Assembly (NCBI GenBank): GCA_022709755.1
Contig: JAKLIF010000009.1
Coordinates: 10,694 to 74,693, forward strand
Direction of reading: 5' to 3'
DNA length: 64,000 nt
Origin: Elusimicrobiota bacterium
GTDB lineage: Bacteria; Elusimicrobiota; Elusimicrobia; FEN-1173; JAKLIF01
The notes beneath the pieces were generated by a model. The model made no database searches. It saw only the letters and a list, made by a program, of their open reading frames with translations, and was not told the DNA's origin. The translations under genes and the position numbers were made by a program. Each line of letters begins with the position of its first letter. The first letter of the stretch is position 1. Positions 28,651 to 38,283 of this stretch are shown one piece after another.

Positions 28651-31600
28651 GGCTCCTCCTCCGGAGTCAGCGACAGGTATTGATCGATCTTGGAACGGAC
28701 CCACGGGTGCCCTTCACGATCTTTCCACGAACGAAGGATCCGCGCCGCACGGCCCGACGCGGCGGTCTCTCCGGACGGTTCCGCATCGACCCGATCCCTC
28801 ACCGACCACAACAAATCCACCACCTTGACCCGCACCGTCCAATCCGGATCCGTTGAAAACCCCTCCAGGAAACCGCTCAAAGGACCGGTGCTGACCGCGC
28901 AAAGAACATCCAACGCCACACCCCGTGTCCAGGGGGATGTCGAACGGACGACTTCCTTCAACCGGTCTTCCGTGATCATCCCCGGACCTTTCAAAGCCCA
29001 GGCCGCCGCGTTCCGGACGAGTATCTTCTCATCCGACATCAACGGGACCAACCGATCGGAGAGACCGGTCGCCCCGATCTTCCCCAGGGCGATGGCGGCG
29101 GCATGCCTCACGCGGGGATCGGGGTCACCGAGAAGCCCGCCCAGCCGTTCAATGACGGGTTCCGGCACACCCGCGGCTCGCCGTGAATCCCAGTCGGCGA
29201 TCAAAAGACTCTTCGTCCGGATCAGATAATCCGTCCAATCCTGATGGAAGGCCTCCTCCTTCCGCGGTGAATCCTTCCTCAGCCGACGGAAAACGCCCCA
29301 CGGGATCGGTTGTCGGTCGAACACCAGCCGGAGCCGGTCTTCGTACGGGACACCCTTCACATAATCGGCCAGACCCTTTTTCCCGGCCGCTCCCTCCCTC
29401 AGATATTTTCCGATCTTCTCTCGGTGCTCCGACAAGGAACGATCGTAGACGGTGCCCAACGCCTGGGAAGCCAGGGCCCGGATCTTCCATGACGCGTCCG
29501 ACAACAACGGGAGCACAGCATCGACGGAACGCGCCGCGGCGGTCTGTCCTAGATAATAGACGCCCCAGGCGCGTCGCCGGGTCGTCTCGTCCCCTGATTC
29601 GCCCGGTTCGTCCTGCGCGATCCTCCGCATCAAAGTCCGAATCCCCGCCTCCCCATACCGCAGATACAGCTCTTCCTGAAAAAGATATCCCATGGTCTGT
29701 CGGCAATCCAAAGACTCCACGACCGTCGGGAACAACGCGTCCGGATTTTGGTTCAACAACCATTGACGGGCGTCGCGGGGAGTCTCCTCATCCAACCCCC
29801 AAGAACCGGCCACGTCGAGCACCTCGGCCCAACGCACGGCAGGATCCTTGATCTGTCGGCTTCGGGAAAATCTCTTCTGAAGGCGGGACCGTTCCTCTTC
29901 CTGTTGCTTGAGGGAAGGCGTGTCACCCCGGAACGGAAGATCCGTCCGAAGGGTCCATCCCGTCAGGGGCCCGCTCGACAAATCGACCCCGACGCCCCAC
30001 CGATCGTTGTTCCACAACAGCCGACGACGTCCGGCCGCCGGATATCGGTCGTCCCCATCGGCATCGACGAAGAGACCCAGACTGGAGGCGTGACGACGGT
30101 CATCCCAGCATCCGAACCCCTCGCCATGGGGAATCTGGCTGTAATAAAGGTCGGCTCCCTGGTTGTCGGTGAAAAATCCCCAACCGTTGGTGGCGCCGGC
30201 CCCCTGGGACCCCCATTCCGCGGTATAGATGTCGTCGCCCGCCTGATCCATGAGAGATCCGGCTCCATAATCCCAACCCATTCCCTGAGATCCTCCCCAG
30301 GTCCAATAAACGTCATCCCCGCGCGCCTCGAGCAGATATCCCGCCGCGCTGTGGACTCCGGCCCCTTGCGCGTAACGACGGCTGAAGTAGGAGTCACGTC
30401 CTTCCCGGTCATACAAAAGTCCCAGAGAATACCAATAGGCGGCCCCTTGTCCGAAATAATCGATCTTATAAAAGTCGTGTCCGGCGCCGTCCAAGAGTGC
30501 CCCGACGCCTCCGGCGGCGTAATCGCGCAATCCGATGGAAAAGCCCTGAGAGAGGCTCTGGAAGACACCGGGTTCCCGCGGATCCGCCCGCGTCTGGCCC
30601 GCCAAGTAGCGGTCGTTCCCTTCGTCATCCGCGAGGACTCCGATCCCCCCGACACCGGCATACCCCTGACCCATCTGGTCCAACTGATAGGAATCATCCC
30701 CCGTCCCGTCCCTCAACGCACCGAATCCCCAGACGCCGCATCCCTGGGAGAGCCGGTCCGCCGAATAAATGTCCCGCCCGGACGAATCGATCAGGAGACC
30801 CGCGCCGAAGACGCCGCATCCCTGGGAACCGATCCCGCTCCGATACACATCGTCCCCCCGGCGATCGATGAGACAACCGATCCCCCGCCGGCCCACGGCC
30901 AACGAGAACGGAGCGGTGCTGGAATATAAATCGTCACCCGCCATGTCCAACACGACGGCGCATCGGCCATTCCGTCCCGAAGCAACGCTTCCCCGATACA
31001 CATCGTCTCCCCCGATATCCAGAACCAACACCTCATCCCCGGTCAGGTCATGGACCTGGTCCGCCATCCCTCCGATCACGATCCGGCCGGCCGGAGTCTC
31101 ACAGGAAAAATCCTTCGTCACCTTCGTCTCATCCCGTTCCAACGCTTGGAGCAGGTCCCTCACACAGACGATCAGCCGCTGAGCCCCCTCCCACATCGGC
31201 TCACGGGGAATGTCCCGAAGACCCCCGATGAGCCGGATCCGTTTTCGGACGGAGGATTCCAACGGATCGGTCTCGAGGTCGACGGAAAGATCAGCCTGAT
31301 CCTCCATCAACAGCCCCTCCAGTTCAATCCACTCCCGATCGAACTTCTTCGTTTCGATCCTTCCGAACACTTCTTGAATCGCGACTGCCTCTCCCACGAG
31401 ACGTTCCAACGCCCTCCTCACCTCAACGGAGAACCCGCTGTTCTCCAAATCCCGGATCGGGACCGGTTCAGCGCGCGCCGAAGCCGTCGACAAGACGATG
31501 TCGGCCGGCGTCCCCAACAACCCCATGAATCCGAGAGAACACGGGGAACTTTCAAGAACCCCTTCCGCCCATTCCTGGAAGAAAACCGGGTCGCGCAACG

Positions 31601-31817
31601 GATCCATCAATGTCCGGCGGACCCACGAACAGGTATAGGGCTGTTGGAACGAATCCGGAGTCAATCCGACATCGGAAGGACGATATCCGACGCTCGACAG
31701 CGGTTCATCGACGGTCATTCCCGACCTTTCCGCCCCCATCCCGGCGGGAGAAAGAGATGAAACGAGCCCGACGACGAGCGCGAAGGGAACTCCGATGGAT
31801 TTCAGACAATGACTCAT
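28647..31817 (-). CDS. Secreted 1056-aa protein: about 12 beta-solenoid-like GxDxY repeats followed by C-terminal HEAT repeats
   Basis: ATG 31817 (MSHCLKSIGVPFALVVGLVSSLSPAG, signal-like) lies 8 nt after the queA stop. aa ~245-596 (nt ~30030-31085) hold repeats with a ~27-aa period: LDIGGDDVY, LDMAGDDLY, IDRRGDDVY, IDSSGRDIY, RDGTGDDSY, ADDEGNDRY, LDGAGHDFY, YDREGRDSY, EARGDDVY, MDQAGDDIY, TDNQGADLY, VDADGDDRY. The C-terminus has HEAT-type units (DPDPRVRHAAAIALGKIG, DEKILVRNAAAWAL, DPDWTVRVKVVDLL). The track start at 32231 lies inside queA. Confidence 0.75.
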   Translation of the reverse strand: MSHCLKSIGVPFALVVGLVSSLSPAGMGAERSGMTVDEPLSSVGYRPSDVGLTPDSFQQPYTCSWVRRTLMDPLRDPVFFQEWAEGVLESSPCSLGFMGLLGTPADIVLSTASARAEPVPIRDLENSGFSVEVRRALERLVGEAVAIQEVFGRIETKKFDREWIELEGLLMEDQADLSVDLETDPLESSVRKRIRLIGGLRDIPREPMWEGAQRLIVCVRDLLQALERDETKVTKDFSCETPAGRIVIGGMADQVHDLTGDEVLVLDIGGDDVYRGSVASGRNGRCAVVLDMAGDDLYSSTAPFSLAVGRRGIGCLIDRRGDDVYRSGIGSQGCGVFGAGLLIDSSGRDIYSADRLSQGCGVWGFGALRDGTGDDSYQLDQMGQGYAGVGGIGVLADDEGNDRYLAGQTRADPREPGVFQSLSQGFSIGLRDYAAGGVGALLDGAGHDFYKIDYFGQGAAYWYSLGLLYDREGRDSYFSRRYAQGAGVHSAAGYLLEARGDDVYWTWGGSQGMGWDYGAGSLMDQAGDDIYTAEWGSQGAGATNGWGFFTDNQGADLYYSQIPHGEGFGCWDDRRHASSLGLFVDADGDDRYPAAGRRRLLWNNDRWGVGVDLSSGPLTGWTLRTDLPFRGDTPSLKQQEEERSRLQKRFSRSRQIKDPAVRWAEVLDVAGSWGLDEETPRDARQWLLNQNPDALFPTVVESLDCRQTMGYLFQEELYLRYGEAGIRTLMRRIAQDEPGESGDETTRRRAWGVYYLGQTAAARSVDAVLPLLSDASWKIRALASQALGTVYDRSLSEHREKIGKYLREGAAGKKGLADYVKGVPYEDRLRLVFDRQPIPWGVFRRLRKDSPRKEEAFHQDWTDYLIRTKSLLIADWDSRRAAGVPEPVIERLGGLLGDPDPRVRHAAAIALGKIGATGLSDRLVPLMSDEKILVRNAAAWALKGPGMITEDRLKEVVRSTSPWTRGVALDVLCAVSTGPLSGFLEGFSTDPDWTVRVKVVDLLWSVRDRVDAEPSGETAASGRAARILRSWKDREGHPWVRSKIDQYLSLTPEEEP

Positions 31818-31825
31818 GGGTTTTC

Positions 31826-32839
31826 CTAAAGGATCAGCATGGCGTCGCCATACGAAAAAAACCGATAACCGGCCTCGATCGCCTCCCGATAGGCGTTCCG
31901 AAGGAAATCCTCTCCCGCGAAAGCGGCCGTCATCAGGAGCGGGGTGTGTCCCGGCAGATGGAAATTCGTGAGCATGACGTCCACGCTGCGGAAACGGTAT
32001 CCCGGATAAACATAGAGTTCGGTCGGACCGTTCATCTCCCGGATCTCGCCGGTCTGGCCCGACGCGCTTTCTAGCGCCCGGACCGTGGTGGTTCCCGCCG
32101 CCCAGACACGCCCCCCGGTCTCCCGGCAACGACGGATCTGATCGACGGCCGCCCGCCCCACCGACACGTCTTCCGGCAGCATCCGATGGTCCCGATAATC
32201 CTCCCCTTTGACGGGGCGGAACGTTCCCCACCCCACGGTCAAGGTGATGGAGACGACCTCGACACCCCGCTGCCGGACGCGGTCCAACAAGGCCTCCGTG
32301 AAATGAAGACCGGCCGTCGGGGCCGCCACGGCGCCGGACTGTCTGGCATAGACCGTCTGATAGGACTCCCGGTCCGCCGCCTCATCCGTTCCGTCGGCAC
32401 GTTCGATGTAGGGCGGCAACGGCATCCGTCCGTGTTTCCCCATGTAATCCGACACATCGCAGGAAAATTCGATCTCATATTCCCCGTCGGTCCCCCGTCC
32501 GTCGACCACCGCCGAACACCCCTCTTCGAGCAACAACCGCGTACCGAGTTTCAAGGAAGGCGTGAGGAGGGACCGCCACCGGCGGGGGCGGACCTCCTTC
32601 AACAGCAACAACCGCACCTTCCCCCCCGTCTCCTTCCGGGCCGACAGACGCGCCGGCATCACCCGTGTGTCGTTCAGGACCAAGACATCCCCGGGACGGA
32701 AATAACCTTCCAACTGATAAAAATGCGCATGCTTGACCGTCCGAGCGCCCCTGTCCAAAACCATCAGTCTCGCCCGATCACGGACCGGGTCGGGCCGTTG
32801 AGCGATCAGACCGTCCGGGATCTCGGGAAATCCCATCAT
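31826..32839 (-). CDS. queA: S-adenosylmethionine:tRNA ribosyltransferase-isomerase
   Basis: IAQRPDPVRDRARLMVL, VLNDTRVMPARL, LPPYI, YQTVYA, GAVAAPTAGLHFT, GTTTVRALES and SYGDAMLI. ATGA overlap with the upstream stop. Confidence 0.9.
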   Translation of the reverse strand: MMGFPEIPDGLIAQRPDPVRDRARLMVLDRGARTVKHAHFYQLEGYFRPGDVLVLNDTRVMPARLSARKETGGKVRLLLLKEVRPRRWRSLLTPSLKLGTRLLLEEGCSAVVDGRGTDGEYEIEFSCDVSDYMGKHGRMPLPPYIERADGTDEAADRESYQTVYARQSGAVAAPTAGLHFTEALLDRVRQRGVEVVSITLTVGWGTFRPVKGEDYRDHRMLPEDVSVGRAAVDQIRRCRETGGRVWAAGTTTVRALESASGQTGEIREMNGPTELYVYPGYRFRSVDVMLTNFHLPGHTPLLMTAAFAGEDFLRNAYREAIEAGYRFFSYGDAMLIL

Positions 32840-34056
32840 GGGGACACGCGGAGCCGGGCCTCCGGATAATATCGGTCCAAGATCTCCTTATAAGAGTCGC
32901 CGCGATCGGCCAACCCCTTGGCGCCCCACTGACAGAGCCCGACGCCGTGCCCCCATCCCTGTCCGTAAAAGCGGAGGACCAATTTTTTGACTTTCCGGCC
33001 CGTCTGAGGATCCTTCACCGTCTGCATCTTCTGCGAGACCCCGGTCCACATCGTGCTCTTGAGCAAGCGCGAGCCGGCCATCAACCGAAAAACGGAGGCC
33101 TTCATCGACACACGGCCTCTGTCACCCATCAGTTCCACCTCGTAGGCCCGTCCGGATTTGGAACGGGACAGGACTCTGAATTTCTTGATCATCCCGATAT
33201 CGTTCCCGTCCCTCTTCAGCGCCTGGGACAACGCGTCGGCGCCCACGGAGGCCTCCCATCGGTGATGGGGGCTTTCGCGGCACCATTTGCACCGCACCGA
33301 ACGCAGACCCGGCGTGCGCGATCCTTCCCAAACGTTCTGGGGTTCTTCCGTGCGCCCCCCGCAACACGAATGAAAAACAGCGGTGAGGGGTTTCCCCTCG
33401 GCCACGAGTATTTCCTGGTAAGTATCCTCCACCGCCCGGTTCGTCAGAGGGCGCTCCGCTCCCTGTCCGCCATAGACCTGACAATGGATATCCGCGCACA
33501 CATCGAACCCGTCCTGCCCGTGACGCCCGCGATTCGACAAGACATAACTACGGCTGATGACCGCCTGGGCCCGTAATGCCTCCAGGGGCCAGGCGGGCGA
33601 CATCTCGTGGGTCAGGATTCCCTTGATGTAATCCTCGATCGCGACGACGTTGATGACGGAAAAAGAGCCGGGGCCGTCATACCAGAACTCGATTCGGCCG
33701 CGATACTTCTTGCCGCCCACCACGATCACCGCGCGCCCATCCCCCGGCTCCAACAGCAGCCGTTTTCCGAAAGTTTTATCACCCACGGAGAGGCCCTTGG
33801 CACCGGCCGCGACTGGCACCGACCGGTCCCAGGAATAACGCCGCCCTTTTGCGGTCGGCGGATCCTTGACCACGTAGGTGCCGGAACCCAACTCGGTCTT
33901 CTTGGTGTGAGGGAACACGCCGATCCTCAAATCCGCCGACGATTCCCCCCCATATCCCCAAGGACAGAACAGACACAGCATCCCCGCCAGATAGAGGACA
34001 CGAAACCGGCGACAGGATTTCGCCAGGAGCCGAAAAACATCGTTGGGAACCATCAT
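32836..34056 (-). CDS. SpoIID/LytB-domain protein (amidase-enhancer family)
   Basis: N-terminal signal/TM segment, then IEDYIKGILTHEMSPAWPLEALRAQAVISRSY, DVCADIHCQVYGG, VFHSCCGGRTE and GHGVGLCQWGA. Confidence 0.8.
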   Translation of the reverse strand: MMVPNDVFRLLAKSCRRFRVLYLAGMLCLFCPWGYGGESSADLRIGVFPHTKKTELGSGTYVVKDPPTAKGRRYSWDRSVPVAAGAKGLSVGDKTFGKRLLLEPGDGRAVIVVGGKKYRGRIEFWYDGPGSFSVINVVAIEDYIKGILTHEMSPAWPLEALRAQAVISRSYVLSNRGRHGQDGFDVCADIHCQVYGGQGAERPLTNRAVEDTYQEILVAEGKPLTAVFHSCCGGRTEEPQNVWEGSRTPGLRSVRCKWCRESPHHRWEASVGADALSQALKRDGNDIGMIKKFRVLSRSKSGRAYEVELMGDRGRVSMKASVFRLMAGSRLLKSTMWTGVSQKMQTVKDPQTGRKVKKLVLRFYGQGWGHGVGLCQWGAKGLADRGDSYKEILDRYYPEARLRVSP

Positions 34057-34189
34057 TTTCCTCTCATCATCCCGGGATTCGGGACGGAATCGATTGACGC
34101 ATCCAATGACGCCGAAGACAACCCACCGTGAGGTTTCAGGGGATATGACCGGATCACCCGGAACGGCTCTCGCCGTCCTGGCGACAGAT

Positions 34190-35176
34190 TCATTTCAAAA
34201 CAGTCTCGGGCAGCATGGAGAAACTAAAAGCTCCGTCGACGGGCAGGTTCATCGGGAGATGGTACTGCGCGCAGAGTTCGGTGAGGAGGGCCCAGACGTT
34301 CCGCCTCCACTCCATATATTCCACTTCGTTTTCAACGCCAGCCAAACGTTCGTAATAGGGCACGAGTTCCGGTCGATTCTGCGACAGGACGGCCTCGAAC
34401 CCCTTCCAAAAGAGGGCCTCATCGGATCCGTGAGCCGGAGTGGCGTCCTGCCCCGACTCGGGCGAGGTCTCCGGCTTGACCGACCGGGCGGCCGTCAACC
34501 ACAAGCTGGAAGGCAGCGCATAGGCGGCTTCATGTTTGGCCAAGGTCCGTATCAGCAACCGAAGGTCGACCGGATGATCCGTCAGCCGGGGAAAGACGGG
34601 GGCGATCACGGCCCCGGACAAGACCCCCCGGCGGCTCAGTTTTTTGATGAGCGCCAAGCGGTCTATCGGCGGCGGGGCCAACGGTTCCAGCCAATCCGAG
34701 AGGCTCCGCTTCATCGTCGACACGGAGATGTTCACCAACGCCAAACCCTTTTCCGACGCCGGGGCCAACAGGTCGACGTCGCGCAGGACCAGGGCGGATT
34801 TGGTGTTGAGGACGATGGGGCAGTGGGCGTCGATGAGCAGTTCCAGACAACGGCGGGTGAGACAGAATTGTTCTTCAGCCGGCTGATACGGGTCGCTGAC
34901 TCCGCCGAGGACCACGGGAACCGGAGAGGAGAGCGTCTTCAGATGTTGGGCCAGGAGGAACGGCGCGTTCGTCTTGACGCCGACGCGGGAATCGGAAAGT
35001 TCCTCCGCCTCCACCGGCATGAACCGGTTGAAACCGTAGCAATACACGCAACCGAAGGCGCAGTTCACATACGGGTCGACGAAAGCCTGGGACATATAGA
35101 GAGGATGCATTTGGGGCATCGCTTTCCAGACGGACCGGGCTTGGAAGAATTCACATCGGTGATGGGCGTTGGGCAT
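34190..35176 (-). CDS. Radical SAM protein, SplB/COG1533-like (DNA repair photolyase family)
   Basis: The CxxxCxxC triad sits in VDPYVNCAFGCVYCYG, followed by GGVSDPYQPAE, typical of the COG1533 layout. 328 aa. Confidence 0.65.
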   Translation of the reverse strand: MPNAHHRCEFFQARSVWKAMPQMHPLYMSQAFVDPYVNCAFGCVYCYGFNRFMPVEAEELSDSRVGVKTNAPFLLAQHLKTLSSPVPVVLGGVSDPYQPAEEQFCLTRRCLELLIDAHCPIVLNTKSALVLRDVDLLAPASEKGLALVNISVSTMKRSLSDWLEPLAPPPIDRLALIKKLSRRGVLSGAVIAPVFPRLTDHPVDLRLLIRTLAKHEAAYALPSSLWLTAARSVKPETSPESGQDATPAHGSDEALFWKGFEAVLSQNRPELVPYYERLAGVENEVEYMEWRRNVWALLTELCAQYHLPMNLPVDGAFSFSMLPETVLK

Positions 35177-35215
35177 GGGACAGAAGATCGGTTCGGGATC
35201 CGGTGATCGGACGGG

Positions 35216-36301
35216 TCAGAACAATTCGCTGGTCTTCGATCCGGCGGGCGGTTTCTTCCCCACCTGAACGTACGCCGCCGGAGTCACGACGCGGCCCCTC
35301 GGCGTGCGGGCGAGAAAACCCGCCTTGATGAGATAGGGTTCATACACATCCTCCACGGTCTCCGGCTCTTCGCTGACGGAGACCGCGATCGTCTCGATGC
35401 CGACGGGACCGCCGCTGAATTTCTCGATGATCGCGGTCAATATCTTGCGGTCGATCGAGTCCAACCCCTTTTCGTCCACTTCCAGGGCCGACAGGGCAGT
35501 CCGCGTGATATCCGCGGTGACGCGTCCGGTCCCCTGGACCTCGGCGAAATCCCTCACGCGTCTCAACAGACGGTTGGCGATCCGGGGCGTTCCCCGTGAC
35601 CGGCGGGCGATCTCGATGGCCGCATCCGGTTCCACCGGCACGTTCAGCAGACGGCTGGACCTCTCGATGATCTGGGCCAGTTCCTGCGCCTCATAATAAT
35701 CCAGATGGGAGACGATCCCGAAACGATCCCGGAGCGGCCCCGTCAGCAGCCCGGCCCGGGTGGTGGCCCCCACCAAGGTGAACCTCTTCAACGGCAGACA
35801 GATGGTCTTGGCGGAGGGGCCCTGCCCGATGATGATGTCCAAGGAACAGTTCTCCAACGCCGGGTAGAGAGCCTCCTCCACGGAATGGTTCAACCGATGG
35901 ATCTCGTCGATGAAGAAGATGTCGTTCTCCGAGAGATTCGTGAGGATGGCGGCCAGATCGCCGACCCGTTCCAGGATGGGACCGGATGTCTGTTTCAGGT
36001 TCACCCCCATCTCACGGGCGATGATGTTGGCCAGCGTGGTCTTGCCGAGTCCCGGCGGGGCGCAAAAAAGGCAATGGTCCAACGGTTCTTTCCGCGCCTT
36101 GGCCGCCTGCATGAAGACGTGGAGGTTCTTTTTCAGTTTCTCCTGGCCGACGAACTCGTCCAACGTCGCCGGACGGAGCGCCATGTCGAACCGGTCCTCC
36201 TCGGGGAGAGAGTGCCCGCCCAGCGGCCCCCGATCCACCGGGGACGGCGGATCCTCCCGGACGGGTTCACGACGGCGATGTTTGGTATCGAAAGGTTCCA
36301 T
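35216..36301 (-). CDS. ruvB: Holliday junction branch migration helicase RuvB
   Basis: [13 protein letters not shown], Walker [37 protein letters not shown] and [16 protein letters not shown]. Confidence 0.95.
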   Translation of the reverse strand: MEPFDTKHRRREPVREDPPSPVDRGPLGGHSLPEEDRFDMALRPATLDEFVGQEKLKKNLHVFMQAAKARKEPLDHCLFCAPPGLGKTTLANIIAREMGVNLKQTSGPILERVGDLAAILTNLSENDIFFIDEIHRLNHSVEEALYPALENCSLDIIIGQGPSAKTICLPLKRFTLVGATTRAGLLTGPLRDRFGIVSHLDYYEAQELAQIIERSSRLLNVPVEPDAAIEIARRSRGTPRIANRLLRRVRDFAEVQGTGRVTADITRTALSALEVDEKGLDSIDRKILTAIIEKFSGGPVGIETIAVSVSEEPETVEDVYEPYLIKAGFLARTPRGRVVTPAAYVQVGKKPPAGSKTSELF

Positions 36302-36302
36302 A

Positions 36303-36917
36303 TCACGATCTCCCCGACAGATGTCTCAACGCTTCCCGGATGATATTCTCCGAGGAAGAGGAGGGGCCCAACAAGGCCCGGGCCGACTGGGCGGCTTCCC
36401 GCGCCAGCGTCTCCCGATAGCCCAGCGCCACCAAACCCTGGATGCTCTCCTCGAAAGCCGACGTCATCGGGCCGACGGATTCGGATCCCATCGACGGCAT
36501 CTCCCCCAACACGTCCTGCAGTCCCGCCACGATCTTTTCCGCCGTCTTCTTGGTGAAACCGAACAGGGAGACAAGCGTCCGGATGTCTTTTTCTTGGACG
36601 GCCCGCCTGAAATCGGGAAGCGATTTCCCAGCCTTGTCGAGGAGGTCCAACGCCTTGCGTGCGCCGATGCCGGCCACATTGTTGCGGATGACGTTGTAGA
36701 TGATTTTCTCGTCCGAAGTCAGAAAACCGTAATAGGTCACCCCTCCGCCGTACATCCCGATGGATTCCGACACGTGGAGGAAGACCTCTTTTCCCTCCGA
36801 CGGCAAACGCTCCATCGTGGATGGGGCCACGGAGACCTCATAGCCGATCCCGCCCACTTCCAGAACGGCCAGGTCCTTGGTCTTCCCGATGAGGATCCCC
36901 TTCAGGCTGGCGATCAC
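36303..36917 (-). CDS. ruvA: Holliday junction DNA-binding protein RuvA
   Basis: Starting at GTG 36917 gives (M)[11 protein letters not shown], the canonical RuvA N-terminus, and a GTGA overlap with the ruvC stop. The helix-hairpin-helix segment is [10 protein letters not shown]. The track start is 36977. Confidence 0.85.
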   Translation of the reverse strand: MIASLKGILIGKTKDLAVLEVGGIGYEVSVAPSTMERLPSEGKEVFLHVSESIGMYGGGVTYYGFLTSDEKIIYNVIRNNVAGIGARKALDLLDKAGKSLPDFRRAVQEKDIRTLVSLFGFTKKTAEKIVAGLQDVLGEMPSMGSESVGPMTSAFEESIQGLVALGYRETLAREAAQSARALLGPSSSSENIIREALRHLSGRS

Positions 36918-37429
36918 GGGCGACCTCCCGCCGAACGGGCGGTGGACCGGGCCAGGGGCGCCGTGTGGATGTGACACAAAGCCACCGCGAGCGCGTCGGC
37001 CACGTCATCGGGTTTTGGAAGAGTGGGGAGGTTCAGGAGCGTCTGGGTCATCCGTTGCATCTGGGACTTATCGGCGGAGCCGTATCCCGTGAGGGCGATC
37101 TTGATCCGACGGGGATTGTATTCATAAACCTGGAGCGACGATTTAGACAATGTGAGGAGGATCACCCCGCGGGCGTGTCCGACGCTGGCCGCCGTGCGGC
37201 TGGCCTTGGAGAAATACAGTTCCTCGATGGCGACCTCATCGGGCCGGACCCGCCGGAGCAGACCATCCAACTCCTCCGACAGTTGATTCAAGCGTTCCGT
37301 GAGGCCCGTCTCGGCCTCGGTCACCAGACATCCCGACTCGGAGACGCGCAGTCGCCCGTTCCGTTCGTCCTTATCGATGACCCCCCATCCCGTTCTGGCC
37401 AGACCGGGATCAATCCCCAGGACCCTCAT
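36914..37429 (-). CDS. ruvC: Crossover junction endodeoxyribonuclease RuvC
   Basis: MRVLGIDPGLARTGWGVI, VAIEELYF, and a C-terminal PKPDDVADALAVALCH. Confidence 0.9.
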   Translation of the reverse strand: MRVLGIDPGLARTGWGVIDKDERNGRLRVSESGCLVTEAETGLTERLNQLSEELDGLLRRVRPDEVAIEELYFSKASRTAASVGHARGVILLTLSKSSLQVYEYNPRRIKIALTGYGSADKSQMQRMTQTLLNLPTLPKPDDVADALAVALCHIHTAPLARSTARSAGGRP

Positions 37430-37442
37430 GCGCGAGGTTCGG

Positions 37443-38195
37443 TCAATCGCCGGCCTTCTCGAGGACTTCCTTCGGGAAATCGGCGTTGGAATAGACTTCC
37501 TGGACGTCGTCGTGCTGTTCGAGGGCGTCGATGAGAGCGATGGTCTTTTCGGCCTCTTCTTTTCCCAGCGTGATGCTGGACTTCGGGAGGAACGTCAATT
37601 CGGCCGACTCCAGCGGGACCTTGGCTTCGCCCAGCGCCTTTTTGACCTTTTCGTAATCCGCGGGCGCGGTGGTGATCTCGTAATAGTCGTCGTCCGTCTG
37701 AAAATCGTCGGCGCCCGCCTCAATGGCGAGGGACATCAGCTTCTCCTCGTCCGGCCAGGCCTTCCGGTCGACGGAAAGGAACCCCTTTTTCTCGAACATC
37801 CAGCCCACGCATCCGGATTCGCCGAGGTTCCCCCCGCTGGACGTGAAGATCTTCCGGATCTCCGAGCTCGTCCTGTTCTTATTATCGGTTGTTCCGCTCA
37901 AAAAGATGGCGACGCCGGCAGGGCCGTAGCCCTCGTAGGTCGTCTCCTCATACATGACGCCGGGGATCTCCCCCGTTCCGCGCGCGATGGCCTTCTTCAC
38001 GTTGTCCATCGGCATATTGGCCTCACGGGCCGTATCCACGGCGGTCCTCAACCGGGGATTGTTCTCGATCACCCCACCGCCCTCCCGGGCGGCCACCGTC
38101 AATTCCCGGATGATCTTCGTGAAGACCTTCCCTCTCTTAGCGTCGATCAGCGCCTTCTTGTGTTTAATCCCTGCCCATCGTGAATGTCCTGACAC
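37443..38195 (-). CDS. yebC: YebC/PmpR-family transcriptional regulator
   Basis: Starting at GTG 38195 gives (M)SGHSRWAGIKHKK with GGAGGG 6 nt upstream. Later segments are NPRLRTAVDTAREANMP and TDNKNRT. The track start at 38207 is a TTG. Confidence 0.9.
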   Translation of the reverse strand: MSGHSRWAGIKHKKALIDAKRGKVFTKIIRELTVAAREGGGVIENNPRLRTAVDTAREANMPMDNVKKAIARGTGEIPGVMYEETTYEGYGPAGVAIFLSGTTDNKNRTSSEIRKIFTSSGGNLGESGCVGWMFEKKGFLSVDRKAWPDEEKLMSLAIEAGADDFQTDDDYYEITTAPADYEKVKKALGEAKVPLESAELTFLPKSSITLGKEEAEKTIALIDALEQHDDVQEVYSNADFPKEVLEKAGD

Positions 38196-38283
38196 AATTC
38201 CCTCCAAATATGGATTTTTCAGATAAAATTCTACATGTTCGCCTTCTCAAAGTAAAGACGCCTCCCCGTCGGATGGGAGGAGT

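Noticed and set aside
38261-38280. Hairpin CCTCCC-N8-GGGAGG downstream of the 38284 gene, considered as an intrinsic terminator. A similar GGA(A)CGGC-tctc-GCCGTCC hairpin lies at 34160-34178.
   Set aside because: The stems are short (6-7 bp) and the downstream tracts (CGTCTTTACTTTG, or none) are not convincing U-runs. I have not reported them as features.
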